DNA of 61,892 bases from Bacteroidota bacterium (GTDB lineage: Bacteria > Bacteroidota > Bacteroidia > AKYH767-A > OLB10): contig JANNXV010000138.1 of NCBI GenBank assembly GCA_031409815.1, positions 1 through 61,892 of the forward strand. Direction: 5' to 3'. This document shows positions 8,678 to 18,525 of the stretch, in pieces (position 1 is the stretch's first letter; each line of letters starts with the position of its first letter). The notes under the pieces were generated by a model that was given only the letters and a program-made list of their open reading frames with translations, searched no databases and was not told the origin of the DNA. The position numbers were made by a program, and so were the translations under genes.

Positions 8678-11600
8678 ATGAAAAAACTGTATTCACTAAT
8701 TTTATTTGCATTCATAACTGTAAATGTATTTGCTCAGTCTGGCAGTAGAATTAAGCCGATTGAAGCCCAAATCCAGAACTTACATTCTGAATCAGTTCAA
8801 TTCGAAAAACAGTCTATCTTTTCGATTGACAATCAAACATTGCAACGTGCTATACAAATGCAATCAACAGTTCGCAATGCAACAGTATTGAATCTAAATA
8901 AGGCCACTCTTGCTTCCATATTAGCATCACAGCCAAACACTATTGAAATTGCAATTCCGATGTTTCAAGGTGTTATAACTTTAGAATTATTTAAAGTAAA
9001 TATTTTTTCAGATGATTTTTCGGTAGTCACGGCTAGTAATAATCAAGCTTTTGAATATCATGATGGAGTGCATTATCGCGGAGTTGTAAAAGGTCAAACC
9101 AATGCAATAGCAGCGATCAGTATTTTCAATGACGAGGTGATGGGGTTTGTTTCTTATAATAGCCGAAACTATGTTATTGGTAAGCTGGAAGATGATGATA
9201 ACAGTCGTCATATTTTTTATGCTGAAACCGATTTGCAAGCCTCGCCATCAACACAATGTTACACTGCCGATGATGGAAGAAGCTATACGAATGATCAGCT
9301 GAGAAATGGAAGCAACTCAACACAAACTATCAAATGTGTAAGACTGTACTGGGAAACAAATTATGATGTTTTTCAAGGTAAAGGCAGTGTAGTTAATGTT
9401 ACCAATTATGCTACTGGCTTATTTAATCAATCAGCAACCATTTATTCTAACGATGGTATTTCTGTGACACTTTCACAAATCTTTGTTTGGAATATTGCAA
9501 GTCCATATACAAGTACAACAACATCCGGACTTCTTACTCAGTTTAAAAACAACCGAACTTCTTTCAATGGTGATCTTGCTAATTTGCTTGGATATGCTGG
9601 TGGCGGTGGAATTGCAGCCGGATTCTCAGGTTTATGTAATTCAAATATTCAAAACAGTATGTGCTATAGTGGCATTCAGTCTTCCTACAATACTGTGCCT
9701 GTTTATTCTTGGAGTGTGGAAGTAGCCACTCACGAGCAGGGTCACCTATTAGGTTCGCGCCATACACATGCTTGTGTATGGAATGGGAACAGTACAGCAA
9801 TTGATGGATGTGGGCCTTCTGCAGGGTATGGATATGAAGGTAGTTGCAGTGGCGCACCTATACCTGCCGGAGGTGGCACTATAATGAGCTACTGTCATTT
9901 GACGAGTGTTGGAATTAATTTCACCTTAGGTTTTGGTTCACAGCCACAAACAGTAATAGTGAACAATATAAATAATGGAGCTTGCCTCCCCATTTGTGGA
10001 AGTACAGCATGTGGAATACCTTCAGGATTGTATACTAACAATATAACACCCACTTCTGCTACTTTAAACTGGCTTTCAGTTGCAAATTCAGTTAGTTATG
10101 CCGTTCGTTATCGCCAAACTAGTAGTGTAAATTGGAATAACACATCAACTGCAACAAATTCATTAAGCATTAGTGGATTAACTCTAGGTAGCACTTACGA
10201 ATGGCAAGCACGAACCATTTGTAGTATTGATACCTCTGCGTATTCAGCTTCTGCCACTTTTATCGCTAGTCTTTCCTATTGCAACTCAATAGGGCAAACA
10301 ATTGATGGCTTAACTAATGTTAGTTTTAACACAATCAACAACACAACTTCAGCAACTACTGCTGGATATACTGATTATACTGCAACTCAATCAACAACTG
10401 TATTGCAAGGAAATACTTATTCATTAATCGTGAGAATAAGCACAGGTGGTAATTATACAAACTTTGCTAAAGCATGGATTGACTGGAATCAAGATGGAAT
10501 ATTCAGCACTTCATCCGAAGAGTACAATTTAGGAAGTGCAACAAATGTTATTGACGGTATTTCCAGTTTGTCTCCTTTAACTGTGTTAGTACCTGCAGGT
10601 GCAGCAATAGGATCAACTAGGATGAGAGTTTCCACTCAATATTCAATAATGCCAACACCATGCAATGCATCATTTGATGGTGAGGTTGAAGACTATACGG
10701 TAGTGGTAGTTTCAGGAATTACTTGCCAAACTCCTTCAGGATTATCAACTACTGGTATTACCAACACATCTGCTACATTATCATGGGCTTCAACAGGAGC
10801 AAACAGCTACAATTTGCAATGGAGAGAAAGTATTTCGGTTCCATGGAAAACAATTTCAGGATTGATTAATACAACTTATGATTTACTGCCTTTAAACGCA
10901 TGCACTAGTTATGAATTTCAAGTGCAAGGTGTTTGTTCAGGTAATTCAAGCCTGTATAGTACATCACGTTCATTTACTACCACTGGTTGTGTCATTCCTT
11001 ATTGTTCTTCTGCTGGCACCAATACTTCACTTGAATACATTAATCGTGTTGTGATAGGAACCATTAATAATATCAGTGGAAATAACAATGGATATGCTGA
11101 TTTTACAGCACAAAGCACCAACTTGGTTGGCGGTGTGGCAAAAACAATTTCAATGTATCCAGGTTTTACAGGTACAAGTCGGACCGAAGCTTGGCGTGTA
11201 TATATTGATTACAATCATAATGGGTTATTTACTGATGCTGGTGAGCGTGTTGCATCCGGAGCTTCAAAATCTACCGTAACTAGAACATTTACTGTACCCA
11301 TTACTGCACTGAATGGTCCAACAAGAATGCGTGTACAGATGAAATATACCTCTTATGCAACTAGTTCTTGTACAACATTTGCATCTGGTGAGGTGGAAGA
11401 TTACACCATTAATATTACAGGAAATCCGGCTTCACCGGCAATGGAAGGTTCCCCATTTATGACTGATTTGTTTTCTAAAAATAACAATGCTAATTTAGTT
11501 TTATTCCCAAATCCTGCCAATGATTTTATTAATCTTGATTTTAGTGCAACTAAAGAAGGACTGTCAGATATTTCGATATATAATATTATTGGTCAAAATG

Positions 11601-11740
11601 TAGTTAAACTTAATTATATGTTTGTTGAAGGTGAGAATTTGCTTCGGATTAATACAGCAGAATTGAGCAAAGGAATTTACCTGTTAGAACTTTCGATTAG
11701 CAACGAAATAATTCGACAAAAATTTACAATAAACGATTAG
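8678..11740 (+). CDS. secreted metzincin (reprolysin/M12B-like) zinc metalloprotease with 2x [Fn3 + GEVED] modules and T9SS sorting domain
   Basis: Signal peptide and the HEQGHLLGSRH motif (HExxHxxGxxH). Two Fn3-like segments (..TSATLNW.., ..TSATLSW..) are each followed by a domain ending GEVEDYT. C-terminal tail is LFPNPANDFINLDF..GIYLLEL. Confidence 0.85.
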   Translation: MKKLYSLILFAFITVNVFAQSGSRIKPIEAQIQNLHSESVQFEKQSIFSIDNQTLQRAIQMQSTVRNATVLNLNKATLASILASQPNTIEIAIPMFQGVITLELFKVNIFSDDFSVVTASNNQAFEYHDGVHYRGVVKGQTNAIAAISIFNDEVMGFVSYNSRNYVIGKLEDDDNSRHIFYAETDLQASPSTQCYTADDGRSYTNDQLRNGSNSTQTIKCVRLYWETNYDVFQGKGSVVNVTNYATGLFNQSATIYSNDGISVTLSQIFVWNIASPYTSTTTSGLLTQFKNNRTSFNGDLANLLGYAGGGGIAAGFSGLCNSNIQNSMCYSGIQSSYNTVPVYSWSVEVATHEQGHLLGSRHTHACVWNGNSTAIDGCGPSAGYGYEGSCSGAPIPAGGGTIMSYCHLTSVGINFTLGFGSQPQTVIVNNINNGACLPICGSTACGIPSGLYTNNITPTSATLNWLSVANSVSYAVRYRQTSSVNWNNTSTATNSLSISGLTLGSTYEWQARTICSIDTSAYSASATFIASLSYCNSIGQTIDGLTNVSFNTINNTTSATTAGYTDYTATQSTTVLQGNTYSLIVRISTGGNYTNFAKAWIDWNQDGIFSTSSEEYNLGSATNVIDGISSLSPLTVLVPAGAAIGSTRMRVSTQYSIMPTPCNASFDGEVEDYTVVVVSGITCQTPSGLSTTGITNTSATLSWASTGANSYNLQWRESISVPWKTISGLINTTYDLLPLNACTSYEFQVQGVCSGNSSLYSTSRSFTTTGCVIPYCSSAGTNTSLEYINRVVIGTINNISGNNNGYADFTAQSTNLVGGVAKTISMYPGFTGTSRTEAWRVYIDYNHNGLFTDAGERVASGASKSTVTRTFTVPITALNGPTRMRVQMKYTSYATSSCTTFASGEVEDYTINITGNPASPAMEGSPFMTDLFSKNNNANLVLFPNPANDFINLDFSATKEGLSDISIYNIIGQNVVKLNYMFVEGENLLRINTAELSKGIYLLELSISNEIIRQKFTIND

Positions 11741-11761
11741 GTCATTAGGTCAGAATAAATA

Positions 11762-11795
11762 AAAGAGCCGTTTTGGAACTCCAAAACGGCTCTTT
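11762..11795. terminator. bidirectional rho-independent terminator
   Basis: Perfect 15-bp stem aaagagccgttttgg / ccaaaacggctcttt with loop aact, flanked by an A-run and a T-rich tail, between convergent genes. Confidence 0.85.
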
Positions 11796-11817
11796 ATTTA
11801 TTCTGATTGCCAATATT

Positions 11818-12888
11818 TCAACTTCGTTTCCCCAGAAATTTCATAAAACGGAAATGTGAAGCAACAGCGGATTGGAGTGTTGGGTAATTCACATATCGTA
11901 TGTTATACTCACGACAAACATCTTCAACAAGCCTGCTTATAGCAGGGTAATGAACATGGCTAATTCGAGGGAAAAGATGGTGCTCAATCTGAAAATTTAA
12001 ACCTCCAACATACCAATTGATAAATTTGTTATGGGTAGCAAAATTGGCTGTTGTGTGCACCTGATGAATTGCCCATTCCTCATTTATTTTTTGGGCGTGT
12101 TCGTTTGCATCAATAAAATGAGTGTCTTCAACCACATGTGCTAATTGAAAAACCATTGCAAGCGTAAAACCTTCTACGAGATGCATGGCAAAAAAACCAC
12201 AGAGCCACGGCAAAACGCCAACGAAATAAATCGGTGCTGCTATATAAAACAATACATACATCACTTTAGATGTCCAAAAGATGACATGCTCCTGAGTACT
12301 GAAACGATTTAGTTTAGTGTTGTGAATCTTACCACTGAAATATTTAACAAAGTCCATAAAAAACACCCATAAAAAAGAAGATAAGCCATAGATTAAAATG
12401 CTGTATATATGTTGATATTTATGAGCGGGCATCCATTTCTGTGAAGGGCATTGACGAATCACGGGCATTTTAGCAATATCCTCATCAATTCCGTCAATAT
12501 TGGTATAAGTATGATGTACTACATTGTGTTTTTGCTTCCAGATAAACGCATTGCCACCGAGGCAATTCAATGAAAGGCCCATTAAGTTATTTACCCATTT
12601 TTTGGTGGAGTAACTTCCATGACAAGCGTCATGCATTACATTGAAGCCTATGCTTGCGAAAACAAAACCAAGCAAACCGGATAATAATAGTCCAACGATA
12701 ATAGAATAATTACCGGTAAGCAGAAATAGATAAATACCAATGGCCATTGAAATAAGAATGATGGCTTTGATGTATAACGAGAAATTGCCGGTTGAACGAA
12801 GTTGGTTTTTCTTAAAATACTCATCTACCCTAAGTTTAAGGGTGTCATAAAAAACGCTATCCTTATTATTGAAAGTTACTTTTGCCAT
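11818..12888 (-). CDS. membrane fatty-acid desaturase, front-end (delta-6-like) type without cytochrome b5 domain
   Basis: Three His boxes: HDACH, HNVVHH and QIEHH (Gln-substituted third box). Several transmembrane stretches. Confidence 0.8.
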   Translation of the reverse strand: MAKVTFNNKDSVFYDTLKLRVDEYFKKNQLRSTGNFSLYIKAIILISMAIGIYLFLLTGNYSIIVGLLLSGLLGFVFASIGFNVMHDACHGSYSTKKWVNNLMGLSLNCLGGNAFIWKQKHNVVHHTYTNIDGIDEDIAKMPVIRQCPSQKWMPAHKYQHIYSILIYGLSSFLWVFFMDFVKYFSGKIHNTKLNRFSTQEHVIFWTSKVMYVLFYIAAPIYFVGVLPWLCGFFAMHLVEGFTLAMVFQLAHVVEDTHFIDANEHAQKINEEWAIHQVHTTANFATHNKFINWYVGGLNFQIEHHLFPRISHVHYPAISRLVEDVCREYNIRYVNYPTLQSAVASHFRFMKFLGKRS

Positions 12889-12995
12889 TGCTCCTGAAAT
12901 AGAGTGTAAAGATATTAATAAAAAAAATAGTGTAAATTCCGACTGCTAAGCAGAATTTTCTTTGATGAATTTTGGAATAGCTAAGAATAAAAACA

Positions 12996-14042
12996 TTAAT
13001 TAACCTGATGCTCCCAATTATATTCGTTTAAATGCATGATACAATTTTTTAAAAGTGCAATAGACCCTTCAATATCTTTTTTATTGGCCATTTCAATGGA
13101 TTGATGAATATGCCTGGTTGGGATGCTTACAGCACCTGCAATGGATCCGTTTTTACCTTGTCGTTGTATACCTGCAGTATCGGTTCCTCCAGCTGGAAGT
13201 ATTTCCGGCTGCCATTTTGTTTTATAGCGATCGGCAGTTTGCTTCATATACGCTATCATGCGATAATCGCAAATGGTGGATGAATCCATTATTTTTATTC
13301 CTGCACCTTCACCCAATCGTGTAACTGCTTCGTGCGGTTGAGCGCCCGGAGTGTCAAAGGCAATTGTTGTATCGAGTCCAAAACCAAAATCCGGATCAAT
13401 AGTGTGAGCAGCAACTGATGCCCCTCTCAAACCTACTTCTTCCTGAACAGAGAATACAGCGTAAAAATCATAAGGTGGATTTTTTAGTTCTCTCAACACC
13501 TCTATCAAAATAAAAACCGAAACACGATTGTCGATAGATTTACAACTTACGCAATCGCCCATCTCAACAAAATCACGCTGACGTGTTACGGTGTTGCCAA
13601 CACTTATTGACTCAATTACTTCCTCACGTTTCATACCCAAATCAATAAAATAATCCTGCACTTGAGGTGTCTTATTTTTTTCTTCAGCTGTCATCAGATG
13701 TACCGGTTTTGAACCCATCACACCTATGATATCTTTTTTTCCGTGCACAATCACACGCTGTGCTGTCAAGGTTTTTGGATCAAAACCGCCTAGTGTATGG
13801 AACCTTAAAAATCCTTTATCATCAATGTGAGTAATAATAAATCCAATTTCATCCATATGTGCTGATGCCATCACTTTCTTACGTTCTGCACCATTTACTA
13901 AAGCAATTACATTGCCCATTTTATCGATGCTAATCTTGTTGACCAATGAAGAGATTTCGCGAATAACAATTTCGCGAATACGCGATTCATACCCGGGAGC
14001 TCCGGCTGTTTCACAAATTTCTTTAAGTAGTTCTATTCTCAT
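12996..14042 (-). CDS. M42 family metallopeptidase (glutamyl aminopeptidase / FrvX-like)
   Basis: AHMDEIGFIITHIDDKGFLRF, FSVQEEVGLRGA, and a C-terminal ..PTRHIHQ.. block typical of M42. Confidence 0.85.
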   Translation of the reverse strand: MRIELLKEICETAGAPGYESRIREIVIREISSLVNKISIDKMGNVIALVNGAERKKVMASAHMDEIGFIITHIDDKGFLRFHTLGGFDPKTLTAQRVIVHGKKDIIGVMGSKPVHLMTAEEKNKTPQVQDYFIDLGMKREEVIESISVGNTVTRQRDFVEMGDCVSCKSIDNRVSVFILIEVLRELKNPPYDFYAVFSVQEEVGLRGASVAAHTIDPDFGFGLDTTIAFDTPGAQPHEAVTRLGEGAGIKIMDSSTICDYRMIAYMKQTADRYKTKWQPEILPAGGTDTAGIQRQGKNGSIAGAVSIPTRHIHQSIEMANKKDIEGSIALLKNCIMHLNEYNWEHQVN

Positions 14043-14047
14043 ATTAG

Positions 14048-15475
14048 TTAATCTATTGTTGCTAGTTTAATAGTATTGGAAGTTGTTTTGTCAAGCAGCG
14101 GAGTGCTGGCAACATGAATAAACATTTCGCCAGATTCTACTAATTTGTTCTTTAGTAGAAACTCTTTAATATCTTTAAAAGTAGTATCTGTAGATTCATA
14201 CTTATTGTAATAAAATCCTCGAACGCCCCAAACTAAACTGAGAGTGCATAGCAATGTTTCATTATCTGTGAAAATATAAATATCGGCCTTAGGACGATGT
14301 GCTGCAACTTTAAATGCTGTGGTTCCGCTATGTGTCATTGCAACTATTGCACTTGCTTTTGTTTGATGCGCCAGCGTACATGCAGTATAACAAACAGAAT
14401 CTGAAATGTAGTTTTTACTGTCCTTTTTCGGAGGCGATTCGCGATAATAGATTTCATCTAATAATTCAACTTCAGTTATTATTTTTTGCATCGCGTTTAC
14501 TGTTTGAACCGGATATTTACCCACTGAAGTCTCAGCACTCAACATTAAAGCATCCGACCCATCAAATACTGCATTGCCAACATCATTGGCTTCAGCTCGT
14601 GTTGGCCTGAAATTAGTGATCATACTTTCCATCATCTGTGTAGCAATAATAACGGGCTTGCTGGCTGCATTGCATTTAAAAACAATGGTTTTCTGAATCA
14701 CAGGAATTTGCTCCATGGGCATTTCTACTCCCAAATCGCCACGTGCCACCATAACTGCATCTGACTCTTCTATTATCCGATCGATATTAATAACTGCTTC
14801 TGGTTTTTCAATTTTTGCAACAACACGCGATTTGCTGTTTCGTGATCGGAGTAAGTTTTTTAATTCAATCACATCCTGCGCTTTACGCACAAAGCTTAAT
14901 CCAATCCATTCCACTTCGTGCTGCAAAATAAAATCAAGATCAAGCAGATCTTTTTCTGTTAAACTGGGCAAGGAAATTTTTGTGTGAGGAAGATTAACGC
15001 CTTTGCGTGACGACAGCATTCCTCCATGTAACACAATGGTATCTACATCCTGATCGGAAACTTTATTACTTACACGTAACTCAATGTTTCCATCATTAAT
15101 TAATACACTATCACCAACAATTACATCTTTTGCAAATTGCGGGTATTTAATAAAAACTTTATTTGGGGTACCAATGCACTCAGTAGTAGTTAAACGTAAA
15201 CTATCTCCATCCTTCAATTCAAATTCGTGCTCAAGGTCTCCTATTCTAAGTTTAGGTCCTTGTAAATCAAACAATATTGCAACATGGGTACGTAATTCAG
15301 AATTAAGTTCTCTGATAGTATGAATAATTTTTTCCATCATATCATAATTACCGTGCGAGCTGTTGATTCTACAAACATCCATCCCTGCACGTATTAGCTT
15401 TTCAAGTATTTCTTTATCAGCACTGGCCGGCCCTATGGTGGCAACAATTTTTGTTCTGTTAAAACGATGTATCAC
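14048..15475 (-). CDS. pyk: pyruvate kinase
   Basis: NRTKIVATIGPAS, MDVCRINSSHG, VMVARGDLGVEMP and ATQMMESM motifs; 475 aa. Confidence 0.95.
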   Translation of the reverse strand: MIHRFNRTKIVATIGPASADKEILEKLIRAGMDVCRINSSHGNYDMMEKIIHTIRELNSELRTHVAILFDLQGPKLRIGDLEHEFELKDGDSLRLTTTECIGTPNKVFIKYPQFAKDVIVGDSVLINDGNIELRVSNKVSDQDVDTIVLHGGMLSSRKGVNLPHTKISLPSLTEKDLLDLDFILQHEVEWIGLSFVRKAQDVIELKNLLRSRNSKSRVVAKIEKPEAVINIDRIIEESDAVMVARGDLGVEMPMEQIPVIQKTIVFKCNAASKPVIIATQMMESMITNFRPTRAEANDVGNAVFDGSDALMLSAETSVGKYPVQTVNAMQKIITEVELLDEIYYRESPPKKDSKNYISDSVCYTACTLAHQTKASAIVAMTHSGTTAFKVAAHRPKADIYIFTDNETLLCTLSLVWGVRGFYYNKYESTDTTFKDIKEFLLKNKLVESGEMFIHVASTPLLDKTTSNTIKLATID

Positions 15476-15517
15476 TTTTTATTTTTAGATTATAAATTTT
15501 TAATTAAAATAGGGATG

Positions 15518-15525
15518 CAAAATTA
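15518..15525 (-). promoter_or_regulatory. candidate -7 box TAATTTTG for pyk
   Basis: The reverse complement of caaaatta matches TAnnTTTG 43 nt upstream of the pyk ATG. Confidence 0.35.
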
Positions 15526-15554
15526 ATTACTCCCTTCACCTCACTCCTTAAGAT

Positions 15555-15983
15555 TTACTCATCAATCAACAAAAAATTTTCAGCTGATTTATAGTCAGAT
15601 GCTTCGAGTAGCGCTATGTTAGTAATGATGGAAATTTGCTTAATTTTTTCAATTATTGTATCAAGAGAATTAAAGTGTGCAAGATCGCGAATGAGAAAAA
15701 AATAGTCTACGTGTTTAAGTTCATTTATAAAATGACCGTTGCTTCCTTTATTTGCAATAATGATATATTGTTCGTGGTCGTTATTGCTATAATTAAATAA
15801 AGAGAATAAACTTGCCGATCCTCTTTTTTCCTTTTTCATTTCCAGATCGTCTTCTTTACAAAGTGTAATGCCTAATGCTTTATTAATATCGTAACACAAT
15901 CTAAAATCTTTGTAAGCACAAATAATCCCAATTAAGGTAAAATCGAGATGTTCTTCGTAATCAAAATCGAGTGTTCTTTTCAC
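15555..15983 (-). CDS. IPExxxVDY family protein (Bacteroidota-specific, function unknown)
   Basis: 142 aa containing INELKHVDYFFLI, which matches the family signature recalled from annotation names. Confidence 0.6.
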   Translation of the reverse strand: MKRTLDFDYEEHLDFTLIGIICAYKDFRLCYDINKALGITLCKEDDLEMKKEKRGSASLFSLFNYSNNDHEQYIIIANKGSNGHFINELKHVDYFFLIRDLAHFNSLDTIIEKIKQISIITNIALLEASDYKSAENFLLIDE

Positions 15984-16019
15984 AATTAATTAGCGCCTCA
16001 AAAATAGGTAAATAGAAGA

Positions 16020-16493
16020 ATGGCTATTTTTATCACAAATGTTGAATCAATAATGGACTTTTTGAACGATGAATATTTTATGCGAATTGCTTTGAATGAG
16101 GCGAAGATTGCCTTTGAAAAAGATGAAATTCCGATTGGGGCTGTGTTGGTTGCTAATAAAACCATTATAGCAAAAACACATAATATGACACAACGTTTGA
16201 ATGATGTAACTGCTCATGCTGAGATGCTTGCATTTACTGCCGCATCAGAATATTTACAGGCAAAATATTTAATTGACTGCACATTATATGTAACAATTGA
16301 GCCTTGTCCAATGTGTGCCGGAGCAGCTTACTGGACTCAGATTTCCCGCATTGTCTTTGGTGCAACTGATCCTAAAAAGGGTTATCAAACGCTTCAATCC
16401 TCCTTATTGCATCCAACAACTCAGGTAACAAAAGGTGTGTTGGCTAATGAATGTGGAGAATTGATGAAAACCTATTTTAAGGGCAAAAGATAA
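16020..16493 (+). CDS. tadA: tRNA adenosine(34) deaminase
   Basis: CDA zinc motifs HAEMLA and EPCPMCAGA. The start is possibly the internal ATG at 16053 (MDFLNDEYFMRIAL). Confidence 0.9.
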   Translation: MAIFITNVESIMDFLNDEYFMRIALNEAKIAFEKDEIPIGAVLVANKTIIAKTHNMTQRLNDVTAHAEMLAFTAASEYLQAKYLIDCTLYVTIEPCPMCAGAAYWTQISRIVFGATDPKKGYQTLQSSLLHPTTQVTKGVLANECGELMKTYFKGKR

Positions 16494-16496
16494 AAA

Positions 16497-16525
16497 AGCC
16501 TCAAAGGTTAAAACCTAAGAGGCTT
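16497..16525. terminator. bidirectional hairpin terminator (tadA on +, tRNA on -)
   Basis: agcctcaaaggtt / aacctaagaggct forms a 13-position stem with a 2-nt internal mismatch. It has an A-run on one side (a T-run on the minus strand) and gattt on the other. Confidence 0.65.
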
Positions 16526-16529
16526 GATT

Positions 16530-16606
16530 TGGTGGGCCCACCTGGAATCGAACCAGGCACCTACTGATTATGAGTCAGTTGCTCTAACCGAATGAGCTAT
16601 AGGCCC
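16530..16606 (-). tRNA. tRNA with CAT anticodon (elongator Met, or Ile2 if lysidinylated), CCA encoded
   Basis: Minus-strand read GGGCCTATAGCTCATTCGGTTAGAGCAACTGACTCATAATCAGTAGGTGCCTGGTTCGATTCCAGGTGGGCCCACCA. It has a 7-bp acceptor stem, anticodon arm ACTGA-CTCATAA-TCAGT, and T-arm GGTTCGATTCC. Confidence 0.9.
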
Positions 16607-16659
16607 ATTTTTAGTAATGGAAGTGCGAAAATATATATTTGCCCACAATTATCAGTGAT

Positions 16660-17280
16660 ATGTTTCAACCAAAGGCAATAATTTTTGATTTAGGAGGTGT
16701 AATCATCAATTTAGATTACCATGCAACGGCTAAAGCCTTTAAAAATTTGGGTATTAAAAACTTTGATGAGGTGTATTCAAAGCAAAAGCAGGAAAGCCTT
16801 TTTGATGATTTTGAAAAAGGAATTACTAAACCAGCCGACTTTAGGGCGGTTATAAGAAAGCACTTGCCAAATCAAGTAAGTGATGAACAAATTGATGAAG
16901 CATGGAATGCAATGCTATTAGATATTCCAAAGTACCGAGTAGAATGGTTAAGTAAAATGTCGAGCAAATACAGAATTTTTTTGCTAAGCAATACCAACGA
17001 AATTCACATTAAAGCATTCACAAAAATTTTGATGGATACTTACAGTGAAAATATTTTTGAAAAAACATTTGAAAAGATTTATTACTCCAGCCGGATGAAA
17101 ATGCGAAAACCGGATGAAGAAATTTTTGAGTGCGTACTAAAAGAAAATAATCTAATTGCTACCGAAACTTTATTTATTGATGATAGCGAGCAACATATTA
17201 AAGGCGCAGAAAAAGTTGGATTGAATGTTTATCATTTGAAAACAAACCAAGACATTACCATTTCGCTGAGCTATCTTTAA
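16660..17280 (+). CDS. HAD-IA family hydrolase
   Basis: HAD motifs IIFDLGGVI (DxG/DxD-type), LLSNTN and LFIDDS. The track ORF starts at 16639. Confidence 0.8.
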   Translation: MFQPKAIIFDLGGVIINLDYHATAKAFKNLGIKNFDEVYSKQKQESLFDDFEKGITKPADFRAVIRKHLPNQVSDEQIDEAWNAMLLDIPKYRVEWLSKMSSKYRIFLLSNTNEIHIKAFTKILMDTYSENIFEKTFEKIYYSSRMKMRKPDEEIFECVLKENNLIATETLFIDDSEQHIKGAEKVGLNVYHLKTNQDITISLSYL

Positions 17281-17345
17281 AGGAATCTAATTTAAATATC
17301 CGTTTCTATCAGCCCAATCCGTCCCGATCGATTGGAATCCGCGTT

Positions 17346-17744
17346 CTATTTTTCCTGACACAATTCAATCAATACGCCATTTGTTGCTTTGGGATGAATG
17401 AAACAAACAAGCTTATTGTCGGCTCCCTGTTTAGGCTCTTCGTTCAATAAGATAAAACCGGCTTCTTTTAATCGCTTCATTTCAGCACGAATATCTGTTA
17501 CATCAAATGCGATGTGATGAATTCCTTCACCACGCTTTTCAATAAACTTTGCGATGGCACTGTTTGAGTTAGTTGCTTCGAGCAATTCAATTTTATTTTC
17601 ACCTACTTTAAAAAATGATGTGATTACATTTTCTGATTCAACAGTTTCTGTTTTGTAAGGTGTGGCATTCAATAATTTTGTGAATAGCTCATTTGATTGC
17701 GCTATATTTTTTACAGCGATTCCTATATGTTCAATTTTTTGCAT
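17346..17744 (-). CDS. mce: methylmalonyl-CoA epimerase (VOC family)
   Basis: IEHIGIAVKNI, GEGIHHIAFDVTDI and GVLIELCQ blocks; 132 aa. Confidence 0.85.
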   Translation of the reverse strand: MQKIEHIGIAVKNIAQSNELFTKLLNATPYKTETVESENVITSFFKVGENKIELLEATNSNSAIAKFIEKRGEGIHHIAFDVTDIRAEMKRLKEAGFILLNEEPKQGADNKLVCFIHPKATNGVLIELCQEK

Positions 17745-18484
17745 TATGCAGAGGGTTTTGTTTGTTCAGGATTTTCAGTGTCTTGATTCGGTTTATAGTT
17801 GTAGTTGATACTTATTGAAGGGGGTGGGAGTGGAGGCTCTTCTGAAGGTGGTTCGCCCTCAATAAAAATCATTTCCTCATCAGTATCGTCTTCAGTTTCC
17901 CAGTCATATTGTTTGCGTTGCGGTCCTTCTTTTCGTAATACCCATGCTAATAGTGCACCGGCTGCTGCTCCATATAAATGCGCTTCCCACGATACTTCCA
18001 CTCCCAGAAAATCAGGAAATATTCCCCACAACAAACCACCGTAAAGAAAAACCACTAGCAGTGATATTGCAATCAACCTTGTGTCTCTTCTGAATATTCC
18101 GCTGAAGAATAAGAAGCTGGAAAGTCCGTAAACCAAACCGCTTGCACCGATATGAAAATTTTCTCTGCCTCCCAGCCATAGCCAGAAACCGTCTAAAAAA
18201 TAAATCCACAAAAAAACACGCAATGCTAACTCGCGATAAAAGAAAATAAGTGCTGCACCCAGAATTAAAAGTGGAACTGAATTTGAAAATAAATGCTTGA
18301 GATCGGCATGAATAAACGGCATAGTTAGTATTCCACTCAAACCTTCTAAATGTCTTGGATATACACCTAGAAATCCTAAATCCCAACGGTAATAAATTTC
18401 TAAGCCTTTTACAATCCACAATACCACAATAAAAATAAAAGGAGGAATAAAACTTTTTAAAATCTGCTTTTGCTCAGTGTGCAC
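17744..18484 (-). CDS. rhomboid family intramembrane serine protease
   Basis: Multiple TM helices, GASGLVYG (GxSG catalytic Ser) and AHLYGAAAG (catalytic His). Acidic, Pro-rich C-terminal tail. 1-nt overlap with mce. Confidence 0.85.
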   Translation of the reverse strand: MHTEQKQILKSFIPPFIFIVVLWIVKGLEIYYRWDLGFLGVYPRHLEGLSGILTMPFIHADLKHLFSNSVPLLILGAALIFFYRELALRVFLWIYFLDGFWLWLGGRENFHIGASGLVYGLSSFLFFSGIFRRDTRLIAISLLVVFLYGGLLWGIFPDFLGVEVSWEAHLYGAAAGALLAWVLRKEGPQRKQYDWETEDDTDEEMIFIEGEPPSEEPPLPPPSISINYNYKPNQDTENPEQTKPSA

Positions 18485-18525
18485 GGCTCAAAAGTAAAAT
18501 GAAAAACCGTATAGGAGAAAAAACA

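Noticed and set aside
4043-15323. Assorted 60-100 aa ORFs antisense to or out of frame with GT2, OmpA-like, metalloprotease, M42 peptidase and pyk genes (e.g. 4043..4270, 4896..5195, 9008..9238, 9579..9857, 13101..13324, 14314..14610, 14715..14987, 15084..15323)
   Set aside because: All lie fully within longer ORFs that carry clear family motifs. They have no independent start signals and their composition is typical of non-coding frames.
16530-16606. Possibility that the tRNA(CAT) is the initiator tRNA-fMet
   Set aside because: Position 1:72 is a normal G-C pair and the anticodon stem (ACTGA/TCAGT) lacks the three consecutive G-C pairs typical of initiators. It is therefore elongator Met or Ile2(CAT); the sequence alone cannot separate these.
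17805-18419. ORFs 17805..18044 (+) and 18012..18419 (-, 135 aa) inside the rhomboid gene
   Set aside because: These are alternative or antisense frames of a gene whose main frame shows clear rhomboid TM helices and GxSG/His catalytic motifs. Their composition is low-complexity (Ser/Gly or Arg/Phe-rich).
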